A DNA stretch of 64,000 bases from a bacterium. GTDB taxonomy: Bacteria > Patescibacteriota > Saccharimonadia > Saccharimonadales > UBA4665. Made by a program: the position numbers and the translations under genes. The stretch lies in assembly GCA_021809645.1 (NCBI GenBank), contig JAJZKE010000001.1, positions 47,245 to 111,244 on the forward strand, given 5' to 3'. The notes beneath the pieces were generated by a model that worked only from the letters and a program-made list of their open reading frames with translations, was not told the DNA's origin and ran no database searches. Below, one piece after another: positions 1 to 9,607 of the stretch. Each line of letters begins with the position of its first letter. The stretch's first letter is position 1.

Positions 1-289
1 TAACTCGATAGCCAACACCATTAATCTCAAGTTTTTTACTAAAACCTTGTGATACTCCAGTTACTAGGTTATTAAGTAAGCTACGCATCAAACCGTGTTT
101 AGACCTTAAGACACGATCATCGTTGTCTCTCTCAACAATTAATTTATCATCTTTTTGACTGACTTTAATACCCGGCATTGTAAACTGGCTTAAGCTACCT
201 TTAGCGCCATTTACAGTGATAACATCTGGCTTAATGTCAACGTTTACGCCACTTGGAATTATAACTGGTAATTTACCTATTCGACTCAT
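1..289 (-). CDS. rplF: 50S ribosomal protein L6, 5' part (runs off window start)
   Basis: Manual translation from ATG at 289: MSRIGKLPVIIPSGV...LEINGVGYR; follows rpsH. Confidence 0.95.
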   Translation of the reverse strand, partial: MSRIGKLPVIIPSGVNVDIKPDVITVNGAKGSLSQFTMPGIKVSQKDDKLIVERDNDDRVLRSKHGLMRSLLNNLVTGVSQGFSKKLEINGVGYRV

Positions 290-290
290 A

Positions 291-695
291 TTAATATACC
301 TGGCAGATTAATTCACCACCGACGTGCTCTTTTCGAGCTTGATCGCCGGTCATTACTCCTTTAGACGTTGATATTATAACAATTCCACGGCCTTGTTTGA
401 CAACTGGAATCTCTTTAAAGTTAACATATGTTCGTCGACCTGGCCTTGAAATCTTTGATATTTCTGTAATTCTAGCATTATTTCGTTCACTATTTAAGGT
501 TAAAATTAAAGTCTTTGATATTTTATCGCCTTCGACTTTTAAGCTATCGATAAAGTTATTTTCAACTAGTAATTTTGCAACAGCTTCCTTGATCTTGCTA
601 TGAGGTAGGTTAACAATGTATTTATTAACAGCAACAGCGTTTCTAATACGGGTTAGCATATCGGCTATTGGATCTGTTGAGGTTTGATTACTCAC
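291..695 (-). CDS. rpsH: 30S ribosomal protein S8
   Basis: DPIADMLTRIRNA, SRPGRR, STSKG motifs. Confidence 0.97.
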   Translation of the reverse strand: MSNQTSTDPIADMLTRIRNAVAVNKYIVNLPHSKIKEAVAKLLVENNFIDSLKVEGDKISKTLILTLNSERNNARITEISKISRPGRRTYVNFKEIPVVKQGRGIVIISTSKGVMTGDQARKEHVGGELICQVY

Positions 696-710
696 TTATT
701 CTTCCTTCCT

Positions 711-980
711 TTACCAACTTGATTTAGTTATACCAGGAATTTCGCCCTTAGAGGCATGTTCACGAAATGAAATACGCGATAAACCAAATTGACGCATGTA
801 TCCTCTTGATCGACCAGTTTCGATACATCTGTTTGTCCATCTCGTAGGTGAAGAATTTCTTGGTAGTTTAGCAAGACCTTCTAAGTCTCCGAGGGCTTTT
901 AGCTCTGCTCGCTTAGCAGAATATTGTTGGATCATTTTTTGTCGTTTAAGATCTCTAGCAATTATCGATTTTTTAGCCAT
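711..980 (-). CDS. rpsN: 30S ribosomal protein S14, long zinc-independent (C-) type
   Basis: MAKKS...[18 protein letters not shown]...KSSW; 89 aa, one Cys. Confidence 0.97.
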   Translation of the reverse strand: MAKKSIIARDLKRQKMIQQYSAKRAELKALGDLEGLAKLPRNSSPTRWTNRCIETGRSRGYMRQFGLSRISFREHASKGEIPGITKSSW

Positions 981-982
981 AT

Positions 983-1567
983 CTAGTTCCCTTCTTTCTT
1001 CTCAAACGGCATACCGAATTTATCAAGTAATGCCTTTGAATGCTCTTTAGATTTAGATTTAATTACTAAGACTACCTCTAAACCATGGCTGGTAGTTGTT
1101 TCTTCAAATGTTAGCTCTGGAAAAACTGATTGGTCAGTTAATCCGATTGAATAATTTCCTTGGTTGTCAAACGAATCTAATTTTAATCCATGGAAATCTC
1201 TTAGGCGTGGTAAAACTAAATTTGTTAAACGGTCAAGGAATTCATACATTCTATCACCTCTTAAGGTAACCTTTAAACCTATTTTATTGCCTTCTCTTAA
1301 TTTGAAGGCGGCAATTGATTTTTTAGCTAGTGTTTCAATAGGTTGTTGGCCAGTTATTTTACGAATAGTATTGGTTGCTGTTTCAATGACTTTTTTATCA
1401 TCTTTAGAACGACCAAGACCAACATTGATAACTATTTTCGTTAATCGAGGGACTTGCCATTGATTTTTTAATTCTAATTCCTTTTGTAGCTCAGGAACAA
1501 TTCGAGTTATATAATCGGTTTTTAACCTAGGAAGGTATGATTTAACTTTGGTATTTTCTTTAGGCAT
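983..1567 (-). CDS. rplE: 50S ribosomal protein L5
   Basis: [20 protein letters not shown] motifs. Confidence 0.97.
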   Translation of the reverse strand: MPKENTKVKSYLPRLKTDYITRIVPELQKELELKNQWQVPRLTKIVINVGLGRSKDDKKVIETATNTIRKITGQQPIETLAKKSIAAFKLREGNKIGLKVTLRGDRMYEFLDRLTNLVLPRLRDFHGLKLDSFDNQGNYSIGLTDQSVFPELTFEETTTSHGLEVVLVIKSKSKEHSKALLDKFGMPFEKKEGN

Positions 1568-1901
1568 TCTTAATCTCCTTACCAGACAAGGTATATATTC
1601 TTACCTTAGAGCCGTCTTTATTTAGCTTAGAACTAATCCGGCTGGCCTTCTTTTTTTCTGGTTCATAAATAGCGACTTTAGATACCCAAATTGGCTTAAC
1701 TATTTCTTTGATTGATCCAACGCGATTAGTCCTGGTCGGTTTGATGTGTTTTTTTACGACATTAACACCTTCGACGGTAACTTTGTTCTCAAATGGATGA
1801 ACACGTAGTATTTTGCCAGTCTTTCCTTTATATTTACCGCTTAAAATAACAACTTTATCGCCAATTTTTAACTTAATCTTATACGGCTTATTTGTCTTCA
1901 T
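1560..1901 (-). CDS. rplX: 50S ribosomal protein L24
   Basis: KOW motif GDKVVILSGKYKGKTG, VEGVN. Confidence 0.96.
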   Translation of the reverse strand: MKTNKPYKIKLKIGDKVVILSGKYKGKTGKILRVHPFENKVTVEGVNVVKKHIKPTRTNRVGSIKEIVKPIWVSKVAIYEPEKKKASRISSKLNKDGSKVRIYTLSGKEIKNA

Positions 1902-2270
1902 TTACAGAACCTCCGGTGCTAAGCTTATAATCTTTGAATAGCCTCGGTCTCGTAATTCTCTTGGAACAGGGCCGAATATTCTTGTTGCTCGTGGGTTATT
2001 ATCGTCAGCTAATATAACTGCGGCGTTGTCATCGAAGCTAATAGTAGAACCGTCTTTTCTTCTGATTTGATCTTTTGTTCTTACGACAACCGCTTTAACA
2101 ACTGACTTTTTACGAACATTGCCGTTTGGTGCTGCTTGTTTAACTGTAGCTACGATAATGTCGCCAACTCGAGCATAGCGTCTTCTGGTACCGCCCAATA
2201 CTCTGATGCATAATATTTCTTTTGCTCCAGAGTTATCAGCTACAACTAGTCTTGATTCTTGTTGGATCAT
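1902..2270 (-). CDS. rplN: 50S ribosomal protein L14
   Basis: [22 protein letters not shown]. Confidence 0.98.
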   Translation of the reverse strand: MIQQESRLVVADNSGAKEILCIRVLGGTRRRYARVGDIIVATVKQAAPNGNVRKKSVVKAVVVRTKDQIRRKDGSTISFDDNAAVILADDNNPRATRIFGPVPRELRDRGYSKIISLAPEVL

Positions 2271-2614
2271 TTTTTCTCCTCGACTTCTACCTTTTCTTCT
2301 GTCTTTTTAGACTTTGAAGGCGGTCGCTTTGTGGCTTGCTCATCTTTAGTAACTGCTAGTGATTCGTCGCCTAATGTTGGTCTATTTAAGATTTTATCTA
2401 ATTTAAAATGTTTTTTAGCACTAATTGGCCTGGTTTCGATAATTGATACTCGATCACCAGTCTTTGCCTCGTTTTTTTCATCGTGGGCTAGGAAATTTTT
2501 AGATACTGGGTATTGTTTTTTATATAAAGGGTGAGTACGCCTGCTGTGAGAAACAACAGTTATTGTTTTATCATTCTTCGTTGAAGATACTATACCGACT
2601 ATTACTTTAGGCAT
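2267..2614 (-). CDS. rpsQ: 30S ribosomal protein S17 with charged C-terminal extension
   Basis: KTITV, HPLYKK, AHDE, ETRPIS. Confidence 0.96.
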   Translation of the reverse strand: MPKVIVGIVSSTKNDKTITVVSHSRRTHPLYKKQYPVSKNFLAHDEKNEAKTGDRVSIIETRPISAKKHFKLDKILNRPTLGDESLAVTKDEQATKRPPSKSKKTEEKVEVEEKK

Positions 2615-2814
2615 TAATTCGTCTCCTTTATCAGCTCTTCGCTTAAAACAGTTAATACACGAGCTAAATCTTTGCGCTTTAGCCGAATTGCTCTAACATT
2701 ATTTACTTCTCCGAGGTGTGATCGACGTCTTAATTCAGCTAATTCTTCGCGCATTTTTGTACTGGTGGTTGTTAGTTCGCTAGTCGACATTTTTCTGATC
2801 TCTGAAATTTTCAT
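2614..2814 (-). CDS. rpmC: 50S ribosomal protein L29
   Basis: 66 aa, RKDLARVLT, between rplP and rpsQ. Confidence 0.93.
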   Translation of the reverse strand: MKISEIRKMSTSELTTTSTKMREELAELRRRSHLGEVNNVRAIRLKRKDLARVLTVLSEELIKETN

Positions 2815-2818
2815 GATT

Positions 2819-3232
2819 TTATGCCTCCTCTCTAACTATGAACCTGGTTTTAACTGGTAACTTATGAGCAGCTAAGCGCATGGCTTCTCTGGCAATCTCT
2901 TCACTAACTCCTTGCATCTCAAACATGATGGTACCTGGTTTAACTTTAGCTACAAAAAATTCTGGGTTACCTTTACCGCTACCCATTTTCACGTCTTGGG
3001 GTTTTCTTGTTACTGGTATATGAGGAAATATTCTAATCCAAATCTTACCGCCACGTTTAATATATCTAGTCATTGCTTGCCTAGCGGCTTCTATTTGTCT
3101 AGCGGTAATTCTTTGTTGTCCTTGTGCTTGAAGAGCGTAGTCACCAAAGGCAATATAGTTACCAGCGGTTGCTACCCCTCGTATCTTACCTTTTCTTACA
3201 CGTCTATATTTTGTTCTGGAAGGCATTAACAT
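2819..3232 (-). CDS. rplP: 50S ribosomal protein L16
   Basis: RQIEAAR, WIRIFP, MGSGKG, KLP. Confidence 0.97.
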   Translation of the reverse strand: MLMPSRTKYRRVRKGKIRGVATAGNYIAFGDYALQAQGQQRITARQIEAARQAMTRYIKRGGKIWIRIFPHIPVTRKPQDVKMGSGKGNPEFFVAKVKPGTIMFEMQGVSEEIAREAMRLAAHKLPVKTRFIVREEA

Positions 3233-3233
3233 A

Positions 3234-3863
3234 CTAACTCACCTCCCCTTTATATATCCAAACTTTAACGCCAATAATACCGGCGACAGTTTTAGCGTTT
3301 ACTTTTGCAAAATCAATATCTGCTCTAATAGTGTGCAATGGTACTGAACCGGCAACTTCTTTTTCTTTTCTAGACATCTCAACACCGTTTAATCGGCCTG
3401 ATACTTCGATACGTACACCTTTAGCGCCAGCTCTCATAGTAGCTGCTGATGCAGATTTTATTGCTCTTCTAAAACTCATTCGTCTCTCAAGTTGATGAGC
3501 TATATTTTCAGCTACCAACTTAGCTTGAAGATCAATTTTTTTAATCTCTTCAATATTTATTCTTGTCGGCGTGCTATATATTTTTTCAATAATGCTTCTT
3601 AATTCACTTGCTCCTGTACCGCCCTTGCCGATAACAACGCCAGCTTTAGCAGTATAGATGGTAACGTTTACTAAATTAGGTGTACGACCTATCTCGACAC
3701 GTGATATAGCTGCCCTTGATCCGAGACGCTGATCAATTAGTCGGCGAACTTTTAAATCTTGTTCTAGATATTTAGCGTAGTTTCTTTTATCAGCAAACCA
3801 TTTACTACTCCAGTCTTTGTTTAGCTGAAGGCGCATTGATACAGGATTAACTTTATGTCCCAT
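3234..3863 (-). CDS. rpsC: 30S ribosomal protein S3
   Basis: MGHKVNP, KH domain, [15 protein letters not shown]. Confidence 0.97.
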   Translation of the reverse strand: MGHKVNPVSMRLQLNKDWSSKWFADKRNYAKYLEQDLKVRRLIDQRLGSRAAISRVEIGRTPNLVNVTIYTAKAGVVIGKGGTGASELRSIIEKIYSTPTRINIEEIKKIDLQAKLVAENIAHQLERRMSFRRAIKSASAATMRAGAKGVRIEVSGRLNGVEMSRKEKEVAGSVPLHTIRADIDFAKVNAKTVAGIIGVKVWIYKGEVS

Positions 3864-4255
3864 TATTTAGTCTCCTTTTTGGCTGTTTCACTGGATGGTT
3901 GCTTAGTTTTAACGGCCGGTCTCTTTTGGCCGTCAATAACTACTCTAATATGAGATGATCGTTTCTTGTAAGGTAAAGCTCTACCATGAGCTGCTGGCCG
4001 ATATCTCTTTAACGAGGGTCCTGGAGTAACAGTAATTTCAATCAATCGTAAACCTTCAGTTTTAAAACCATGATTATGAGTGGCATTAGCTCGGGCACTT
4101 TCGATTACTTTTTTAACAGCGATAGCTGATCTTCGCGGAGTATAACTTAAGATTGTCAATGCTTCATCTACACTTCGACCACGAACTAAAGATGCTACTA
4201 CTCCAACTTTGCGTGGGCTTATCCGAACTCCTTTAGCAACTGCTTTAACTGGCAT
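3863..4255 (-). CDS. rplV: 50S ribosomal protein L22
   Basis: ISPRK, SARANA, RPAAHGRA, KRSSHI. Confidence 0.96.
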   Translation of the reverse strand: MPVKAVAKGVRISPRKVGVVASLVRGRSVDEALTILSYTPRRSAIAVKKVIESARANATHNHGFKTEGLRLIEITVTPGPSLKRYRPAAHGRALPYKKRSSHIRVVIDGQKRPAVKTKQPSSETAKKETK

Positions 4256-4257
4256 CG

Positions 4258-4527
4258 TTATTCTCCCTTAGCCTTCCCGCCGTGTTTTCGGAATTTTCTG
4301 GTTGGGGCAAATTCTCCTAATTTGTGGCCTACCATATTTTCAGTTATAAAAACAGGAACGTGTAATTTACCATTATGTACAGCAATAGTTCGACCAACAA
4401 AATCTGGTGAGATTGTACTAGATCGAGCCCAGGTTTTAATTATTGTACGGTCATCACTACCAAGTGCAGCTACTTTTTTCGTTAGCTTATAGTCAATGTA
4501 TGGACCTTTTTTAAGTGAACGACTCAT
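4258..4527 (-). CDS. rpsS: 30S ribosomal protein S19
   Basis: Start corrected to ATG at 4527 (MSRSLKKGP); [21 protein letters not shown]. Confidence 0.96.
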   Translation of the reverse strand: MSRSLKKGPYIDYKLTKKVAALGSDDRTIIKTWARSSTISPDFVGRTIAVHNGKLHVPVFITENMVGHKLGEFAPTRKFRKHGGKAKGE

Positions 4528-4529
4528 AT

Positions 4530-4811
4530 TTACTGTTCCTTCCTTCTTGTACCATAAACTACATTGCCACCGTTTTGACCGACAACATTGCTTAAATTTT
4601 GAGGACTGCCTAAGGCAAACCAAACTCCTTGTAAAAATGGTGCATTTGGGTTGTTGGTCTCAAAAGCATGTCTCAATGCAGATGCGATCATTGAGTATAG
4701 GTCGTTGATTTCTGCTTCAGGAAATAACTTAAGTAATTGTGAGCCTATTTCTAGGCCTAATTGACATCTACTTCTAATATCTTCTCGTTGTTCTATGCTT
4801 TCAGCAATCAT
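4530..4811 (-). CDS. Orphan hypothetical protein (93 aa) inserted between rplB and rpsS
   Basis: ATG at 4811 preceded by AGGAG inside the rplB 3' end; stop 2 nt before rpsS ATG; fills the gap exactly. Confidence 0.75.
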   Translation of the reverse strand: MIAESIEQREDIRSRCQLGLEIGSQLLKLFPEAEINDLYSMIASALRHAFETNNPNAPFLQGVWFALGSPQNLSNVVGQNGGNVVYGTRRKEQ

Positions 4812-4815
4812 TTTC

Positions 4816-5667
4816 TTATCTCCTCTTAGCACTATGTCGGCTACGGACAATATATTTATTAGTGCTCTTTCGTCTTCTGGTCTTATATCCGAGAGTTTTT
4901 TGTCCCCAAGGTGTCTTTGGAGCAGCACCGTGGTTTTTACCACCACCGATACCATGCCGGCCACCGTCACCACCACCATGAGGATGGTCAGCTGCATTCA
5001 TAACTACACCTCTAACAGAAGGACGTATTCCTTTATGTCGATTTATACCAGCCTTACCGATTTTAATGTTTTGATGTTGTTCGTTACCGATAACACCAAT
5101 TGAAGCAGTGCAGTTCTCATTAATTAAACGGACTTCACCGCTAGGCATTCTAATTTGAGCGTAACCATTATCTCTACCCATTAGTTGCGAACTGTTACCA
5201 GCTGATCTGGCAATTTGGGCACCTTTTCCAGGTTGTAGTTCTATGGCGTGAATAACACTACCGATCGGAATGTTTTTAAGTGGCAAACGATTACCGTTTT
5301 CAATGGCAACTTCTGGACCAGCAGATATTATTTGATCAACTTTTAATCCTTGAGTAGCTAAAATATATACATATTTGTTATCTTTGGTTTTAACTCTAGC
5401 GATATTGGCACTACGATTAGGATCGTATTCAATATGCTCTACTTTCCCCTCGAAACCATCAGGTAAACTAAAACTAACTAATCGATAAAACTTACGACTT
5501 CCGCCGCCTTTATGCCTGGTAGTTATTCGACCTTGGTTGTTCCGTCCTGATCCCCTAGTCTTTATAACAGTTAAAGATTTGAGCGGTTTTTTAGTTGTAA
5601 TAACCGAGAAATCTCGTTTGCTCATTCCTCGTCTTCCGGGTGTGGTTGGATTATATATCGATTCCAT
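4816..5667 (-). CDS. rplB: 50S ribosomal protein L2
   Basis: GRNNQGRIT, EYDPNRSA, RGVVMN..DHPHGGG, TPWG. Confidence 0.98.
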   Translation of the reverse strand: MESIYNPTTPGRRGMSKRDFSVITTKKPLKSLTVIKTRGSGRNNQGRITTRHKGGGSRKFYRLVSFSLPDGFEGKVEHIEYDPNRSANIARVKTKDNKYVYILATQGLKVDQIISAGPEVAIENGNRLPLKNIPIGSVIHAIELQPGKGAQIARSAGNSSQLMGRDNGYAQIRMPSGEVRLINENCTASIGVIGNEQHQNIKIGKAGINRHKGIRPSVRGVVMNAADHPHGGGDGGRHGIGGGKNHGAAPKTPWGQKTLGYKTRRRKSTNKYIVRSRHSAKRR

Positions 5668-6116
5668 TATTTACCCTCCGGTTTTTTAGTTTTCAAAAAG
5701 CGTCGTTTAGGTGCAGTATTGGGTTGCTTGACTTTCGATTCTTTCTTAGTTTGTCTTTCCATAGCTTTATCTATTTTTTCTTGGCTGGATTTACGTTTTT
5801 CTTCAGCTTCTTCAACACTTTCAAAGAAAGGAAGACTTTTATCTTTATTGATTGTTACATAAGCTTTTTTTAGATCTGGTCTCTGTCCATTAGCATTTAA
5901 TGCTCGTCGTCCGGTAATAGATAAGGTTCTTTTAGGTTTACCTTTAATTGTCGTTGTCTTTACTGATAAAACGTCAACTTCAAATTGCTCTTTCACGGCT
6001 CTCTTGATAGCTTGTTTGTTGGCTTTTTTGGGTACATTAAAAACATATGTATTTTTTGATTTAAATAAATCATATGTCTTTTCATTGACTAGAGGCAATA
6101 AGGTCATATCTTTCAT
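5667..6116 (-). CDS. rplW: 50S ribosomal protein L23 with long basic C-terminal tail
   Basis: NTYVFNV..ANK..IK.AV, KKAYVT; between rplD and rplB. Confidence 0.94.
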   Translation of the reverse strand: MKDMTLLPLVNEKTYDLFKSKNTYVFNVPKKANKQAIKRAVKEQFEVDVLSVKTTTIKGKPKRTLSITGRRALNANGQRPDLKKAYVTINKDKSLPFFESVEEAEEKRKSSQEKIDKAMERQTKKESKVKQPNTAPKRRFLKTKKPEGK

Positions 6117-6751
6117 GATTTAATCTCCAGTCTTTTTTCAATTTCTTTCATGCCGGCTTTGCTAAATACAATGTGATCGGCGTTTAAAGTATCAAAAACA
6201 TTTAGCTGAGATGATTTTAAAACTATTAATTTAGGTATATTTCTAGAAGCAAGTTCGAGATTATCACTGATTGTATCGACGACTAATAGGACTCTACCTT
6301 TGAGTTCCAGTTTGTTGATAATTTTTTTAAGATTTGCAGTCTTAGGTTCTTTTAGGTTGATATCTTCAATTATCTTGATTTTAGATTCTTTGGCTACCAA
6401 GCTTAAAGCTTGTCGTAAGGCTTGTCTTCTAGCCTTAAGATTAATATTTTTAACGTAATTTTCTTTACCAGTTGGACCAAAAACTATTCCTCCTCCTCGC
6501 CAGATAGGGTTACGGCTAGATCCGAAACGAGCTCGTCCAGTACCTTTTTGCCGCCATGGTTTGCGACCACCGCCGCGGACTAATCCTCTAGTTTTGGTTA
6601 TAGCTATATTTTCACGGCCATTAGCCAAATAAGCGTTATATGACTCCTTGAGTAGTTGATGATTTTTAACATCCACATTAAATATATCTTTAGCTAATGT
6701 TGCTGAAGAACTGTTTTTGCTACCAGTGGCAGTATAGCTAGGAGCATTCAT
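6113..6751 (-). CDS. rplD: 50S ribosomal protein L4
   Basis: GGGRKPWRQKGTGRAR, WRGGGIVFGP. Confidence 0.97.
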   Translation of the reverse strand: MNAPSYTATGSKNSSSATLAKDIFNVDVKNHQLLKESYNAYLANGRENIAITKTRGLVRGGGRKPWRQKGTGRARFGSSRNPIWRGGGIVFGPTGKENYVKNINLKARRQALRQALSLVAKESKIKIIEDINLKEPKTANLKKIINKLELKGRVLLVVDTISDNLELASRNIPKLIVLKSSQLNVFDTLNADHIVFSKAGMKEIEKRLEIKS

Positions 6752-7368
6752 TATTTAATACCTCTAATGACTATTAAACCTTTTTTTGGTCCCGGTACAG
6801 CACCGTAAATGCCGATTAGTTGTCTTTCATTGTCGACCAGTGCTACTTCTAGATTTTTAACGGTCGTTTGAACATGTCCCATTTGACCGGCCATTTTTTT
6901 ACCTTTTAAAATATGCTGCGGATACATTGAACCGATTGATCCGACCCTTCGATAGCTTCTACCACCGTGAGTTTTGCGACCTCTGTGAAAATTGTGTCGT
7001 TTAATTGTTCCTGCCCAGCCTTTACCCTTATTTAGTCCGCTAACGTCAACTTTATCGCCAACACTAAAAACGTCGGTTGAGAATTTATCACCGACGTTTA
7101 AATTATCCTGATCTACTGGCATCATAAATTCTTTAATAATTTTAGGAGTTACGTTAGCTTTTTTAGCATGACCTTGTAATGGTTTTGTTGGTTTTTTATT
7201 GTCTTCTGTGCCGACCTGGATAGCTGTATAGCCATCTTTTTCTTCAGTCTTTTTTTGAATGATGGTATGTTCTGATACCGAAAGTAAGGTAATAGCTTTA
7301 ACAATACCGCTTTGATCAATCACGGATGTCATTCCGACCTTTCTAGTAATTAACGATTTAGGGCCCAT
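6751..7368 (-). CDS. rplC: 50S ribosomal protein L3
   Basis: KVGMT, DGYTAIQ, KGKG, KGKKMAG, GAVPG. Confidence 0.97.
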   Translation of the reverse strand: MGPKSLITRKVGMTSVIDQSGIVKAITLLSVSEHTIIQKKTEEKDGYTAIQVGTEDNKKPTKPLQGHAKKANVTPKIIKEFMMPVDQDNLNVGDKFSTDVFSVGDKVDVSGLNKGKGWAGTIKRHNFHRGRKTHGGRSYRRVGSIGSMYPQHILKGKKMAGQMGHVQTTVKNLEVALVDNERQLIGIYGAVPGPKKGLIVIRGIK

Positions 7369-7466
7369 AAATTTACACCTTACTTGGTTGTTTGGAGTTA
7401 TATATTAAAATCCTTGGCGACCGACGGTTTCTAGTTTTCTTAGACCTGTCTGGTATCACCAAGTAA
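7369..7466 (-). promoter_or_regulatory. Candidate structured 5' leader of rplC (long hairpin with alternative pairing next to the RBS)
   Basis: Bulged hairpin 7413-7463 with a U-G wobble on the minus strand; its 5' arm is also complementary to 7380-7388. Confidence 0.55.
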
Positions 7467-7493
7467 CCTATTATTTGTCTAGATACCATGACA

Positions 7494-7522
7494 GATTATC
7501 ATGACAGCATAACATCTGTCAA
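7494..7522 (-). promoter_or_regulatory. Putative sigma70 promoter for rplC operon
   Basis: TTGACA (7522-7517) followed by TG-A-TAATCT about 18 nt downstream. Confidence 0.5.
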
Positions 7523-7552
7523 TGCGTTGATTATTATACAATTAATATTTGC

Positions 7553-7882
7553 CTACATCTTTATTTCGACATCGCAACCAGCAGGCAGTGACAAACTGGT
7601 TAGTGAATCGATAGTTTTTGGGGTTGGATCGTAGACGTCAATTAATCTTTTATGTATTCGCATTTCAAATTGTTCTCGACTTTTTTTGTAAATATGAGGA
7701 CTTTTAATCACTGTAAAAGTACTCTTCCTTGTCGGTAGAGGAATTGGACCGGCTAAGGATGCTCCTGTCCTTAGAGCTGTGTCAATTATTTGTTTAGCTG
7801 CTTGATCTATAACCTTATGATCATAAGCTTTTAACCTAATTCTGATCCGTTGTTTTGGGTTGGCTGTTTTAGCGTCTGCCAT
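7553..7882 (-). CDS. rpsJ: 30S ribosomal protein S10
   Basis: [32 protein letters not shown]. Confidence 0.98.
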   Translation of the reverse strand: MADAKTANPKQRIRIRLKAYDHKVIDQAAKQIIDTALRTGASLAGPIPLPTRKSTFTVIKSPHIYKKSREQFEMRIHKRLIDVYDPTPKTIDSLTSLSLPAGCDVEIKM

Positions 7883-7934
7883 ATATTCCTATCTCTGTGT
7901 TTAATATATCAAATGACTTAAATAGCCTTTATTA

Positions 7935-9119
7935 CTATTTAACAACTTTAGTAACTACGCCAGCACCTACCGTTCGACCACCTTCACGAATAGCAAATCG
8001 TAATCCTTGTTCCATGGCAATTGGTGCTAATAGTTTAACTTTAAAAGTAACAGTGTCCCCAGGCATAACCATTTCTTTGTCAGCAGGAAGCTCTACTTCA
8101 CCTGTTACATCAGTTGTTCTAAAGTAAAATTGTGGTTTGTAACCTTTGAAAAATGGTGTATGACGTCCACCCTCTTCTTTGGTTAGGACATATACTTCTG
8201 AGTCAAATTCAGTATGAGGGGTAATTGTACCAGGCTTAGCTAACACCTGACCACGTTCAATATCATTTCGTTCTATTCCACGAAGTAATACTCCAGCATT
8301 ATCTCCGGCTTGTCCCTGGTCAAGAGATTTTTTAAAAGCTTCTATTCCAGTAACCACTGATTTTTGAGTATCTTTAATTCCGACAATTTCAACTTCATCA
8401 TTTATCTTGACAACACCGGCTTCAATACGTCCGGTAGCAACAGTGCCACGACCTTTTATTGAAAATACATCTTCAATAGGCATTAGGAAAGGCTTGTCTA
8501 ATTCTCTAACAGGTTCAGGTATATAGTCATCCATGGCCTTAACTAGTTCCATGATAGCGTCTTCGTTATCTTTATCGCCTTCTAGAGCCTTTGTTGCTGA
8601 TCCTCTAATAATTGGAGCATCTTTATCAAAACCATTTTTTTCTAGTAACTCACGAACCTCTTCTTCAACTAGATCTACTAGTTCTGGATCTGCTAGATCC
8701 ATTTTATTCATAAAAACTAGAATTTTTGGTACGCCGACTTGTCGGGCAAGAAGTACGTGTTCTCTAGTTTGAGGCATTGGTCCGTCAGCAGCAGATACAA
8801 CTAAGATGGCACCGTCAATTTGGGCTGCACCAGTAATCATGTTTTTAACGTAGTCAGCATGCCCAGGCATATCAACATGAGCGTAGTGTCTTTTTTCACT
8901 TTCGTATTCTTGGTGAGAGGTAGCTATGGTTATGCCTCGTGCTTTTTCTTCAGGGGCATTATCTATATCTTCGTAGTTTTTAGCTACATTTATCTTCGAT
9001 GGTAATCTTTTAGATAGAACATGAGTTATAGCTGCTGTAAGGGTTGTTTTACCGTGGTCAACGTGACCCATGGTGCCAACATTAACATGTGGCTTGCTTC
9101 GATCAAATTGGTCTGCCAT
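7935..9119 (-). CDS. tuf: Elongation factor Tu
   Basis: [34 protein letters not shown]. Confidence 0.99.
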   Translation of the reverse strand: MADQFDRSKPHVNVGTMGHVDHGKTTLTAAITHVLSKRLPSKINVAKNYEDIDNAPEEKARGITIATSHQEYESEKRHYAHVDMPGHADYVKNMITGAAQIDGAILVVSAADGPMPQTREHVLLARQVGVPKILVFMNKMDLADPELVDLVEEEVRELLEKNGFDKDAPIIRGSATKALEGDKDNEDAIMELVKAMDDYIPEPVRELDKPFLMPIEDVFSIKGRGTVATGRIEAGVVKINDEVEIVGIKDTQKSVVTGIEAFKKSLDQGQAGDNAGVLLRGIERNDIERGQVLAKPGTITPHTEFDSEVYVLTKEEGGRHTPFFKGYKPQFYFRTTDVTGEVELPADKEMVMPGDTVTFKVKLLAPIAMEQGLRFAIREGGRTVGAGVVTKVVK

Positions 9120-9191
9120 TTATTACTCCTTTAGGATAACTTTAATTGATTTTTGCATGGGACAATATAGCTCACACAATGTGATTGAGCT

Positions 9192-9220
9192 AGTATAACT
9201 AAGCTATAACTGTTTGTAAA
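9192..9220 (-). promoter_or_regulatory. Putative sigma70 promoter for tuf-rpsJ
   Basis: TTTACA-17 bp-TATACT; adjacent inverted repeat TAGCTCA...TGAGCTA at 9168-9192. Confidence 0.6.
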
Positions 9221-9288
9221 GAATTTTAAGAAGAAAAAATAAATATTTCTTTAAAATTATACATAGGTATGGTATTTATATATCTAAC

Positions 9289-9600
9289 ATGTCTGAATAT
9301 AGTCGAGACGACTTTAAGCCTTTAGATGAGATATCTGAAAGATTAATTGAAGAAAACAATCCATTTTTTAGACATGGCTATTCTAATCGTTGTTTAGGTG
9401 CTATTTTATGGCCGACCGTATGTTTAAGGAGTGATTTGAACCCAGGGGTGGCCGACTTGGCCGATCAATCATATATCGAAGATGGAAAAGAATATCACTT
9501 TGAAAACTTGAGACGTCCTAATAGTTCTGTTTCCGGGCCACCTAAATGTTCGAGAATGATTGTTGGTGTTTCAAGAATTATCAGTCACGAATTAAATTAA
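9289..9600 (+). CDS. Orphan hypothetical protein (103 aa), antisense, between fusA and tuf
   Basis: ATG-initiated ORF filling the intergenic space; no recognisable motif. Confidence 0.6.
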   Translation: MSEYSRDDFKPLDEISERLIEENNPFFRHGYSNRCLGAILWPTVCLRSDLNPGVADLADQSYIEDGKEYHFENLRRPNSSVSGPPKCSRMIVGVSRIISHELN

Positions 9601-9607
9601 AACGATA

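Noticed and set aside
4528..4997. Track starts for rpsS at 4623 and for the orphan at 4997
   Set aside because: They overlap neighbouring genes; SD-supported ATGs exist at 4527 and 4811
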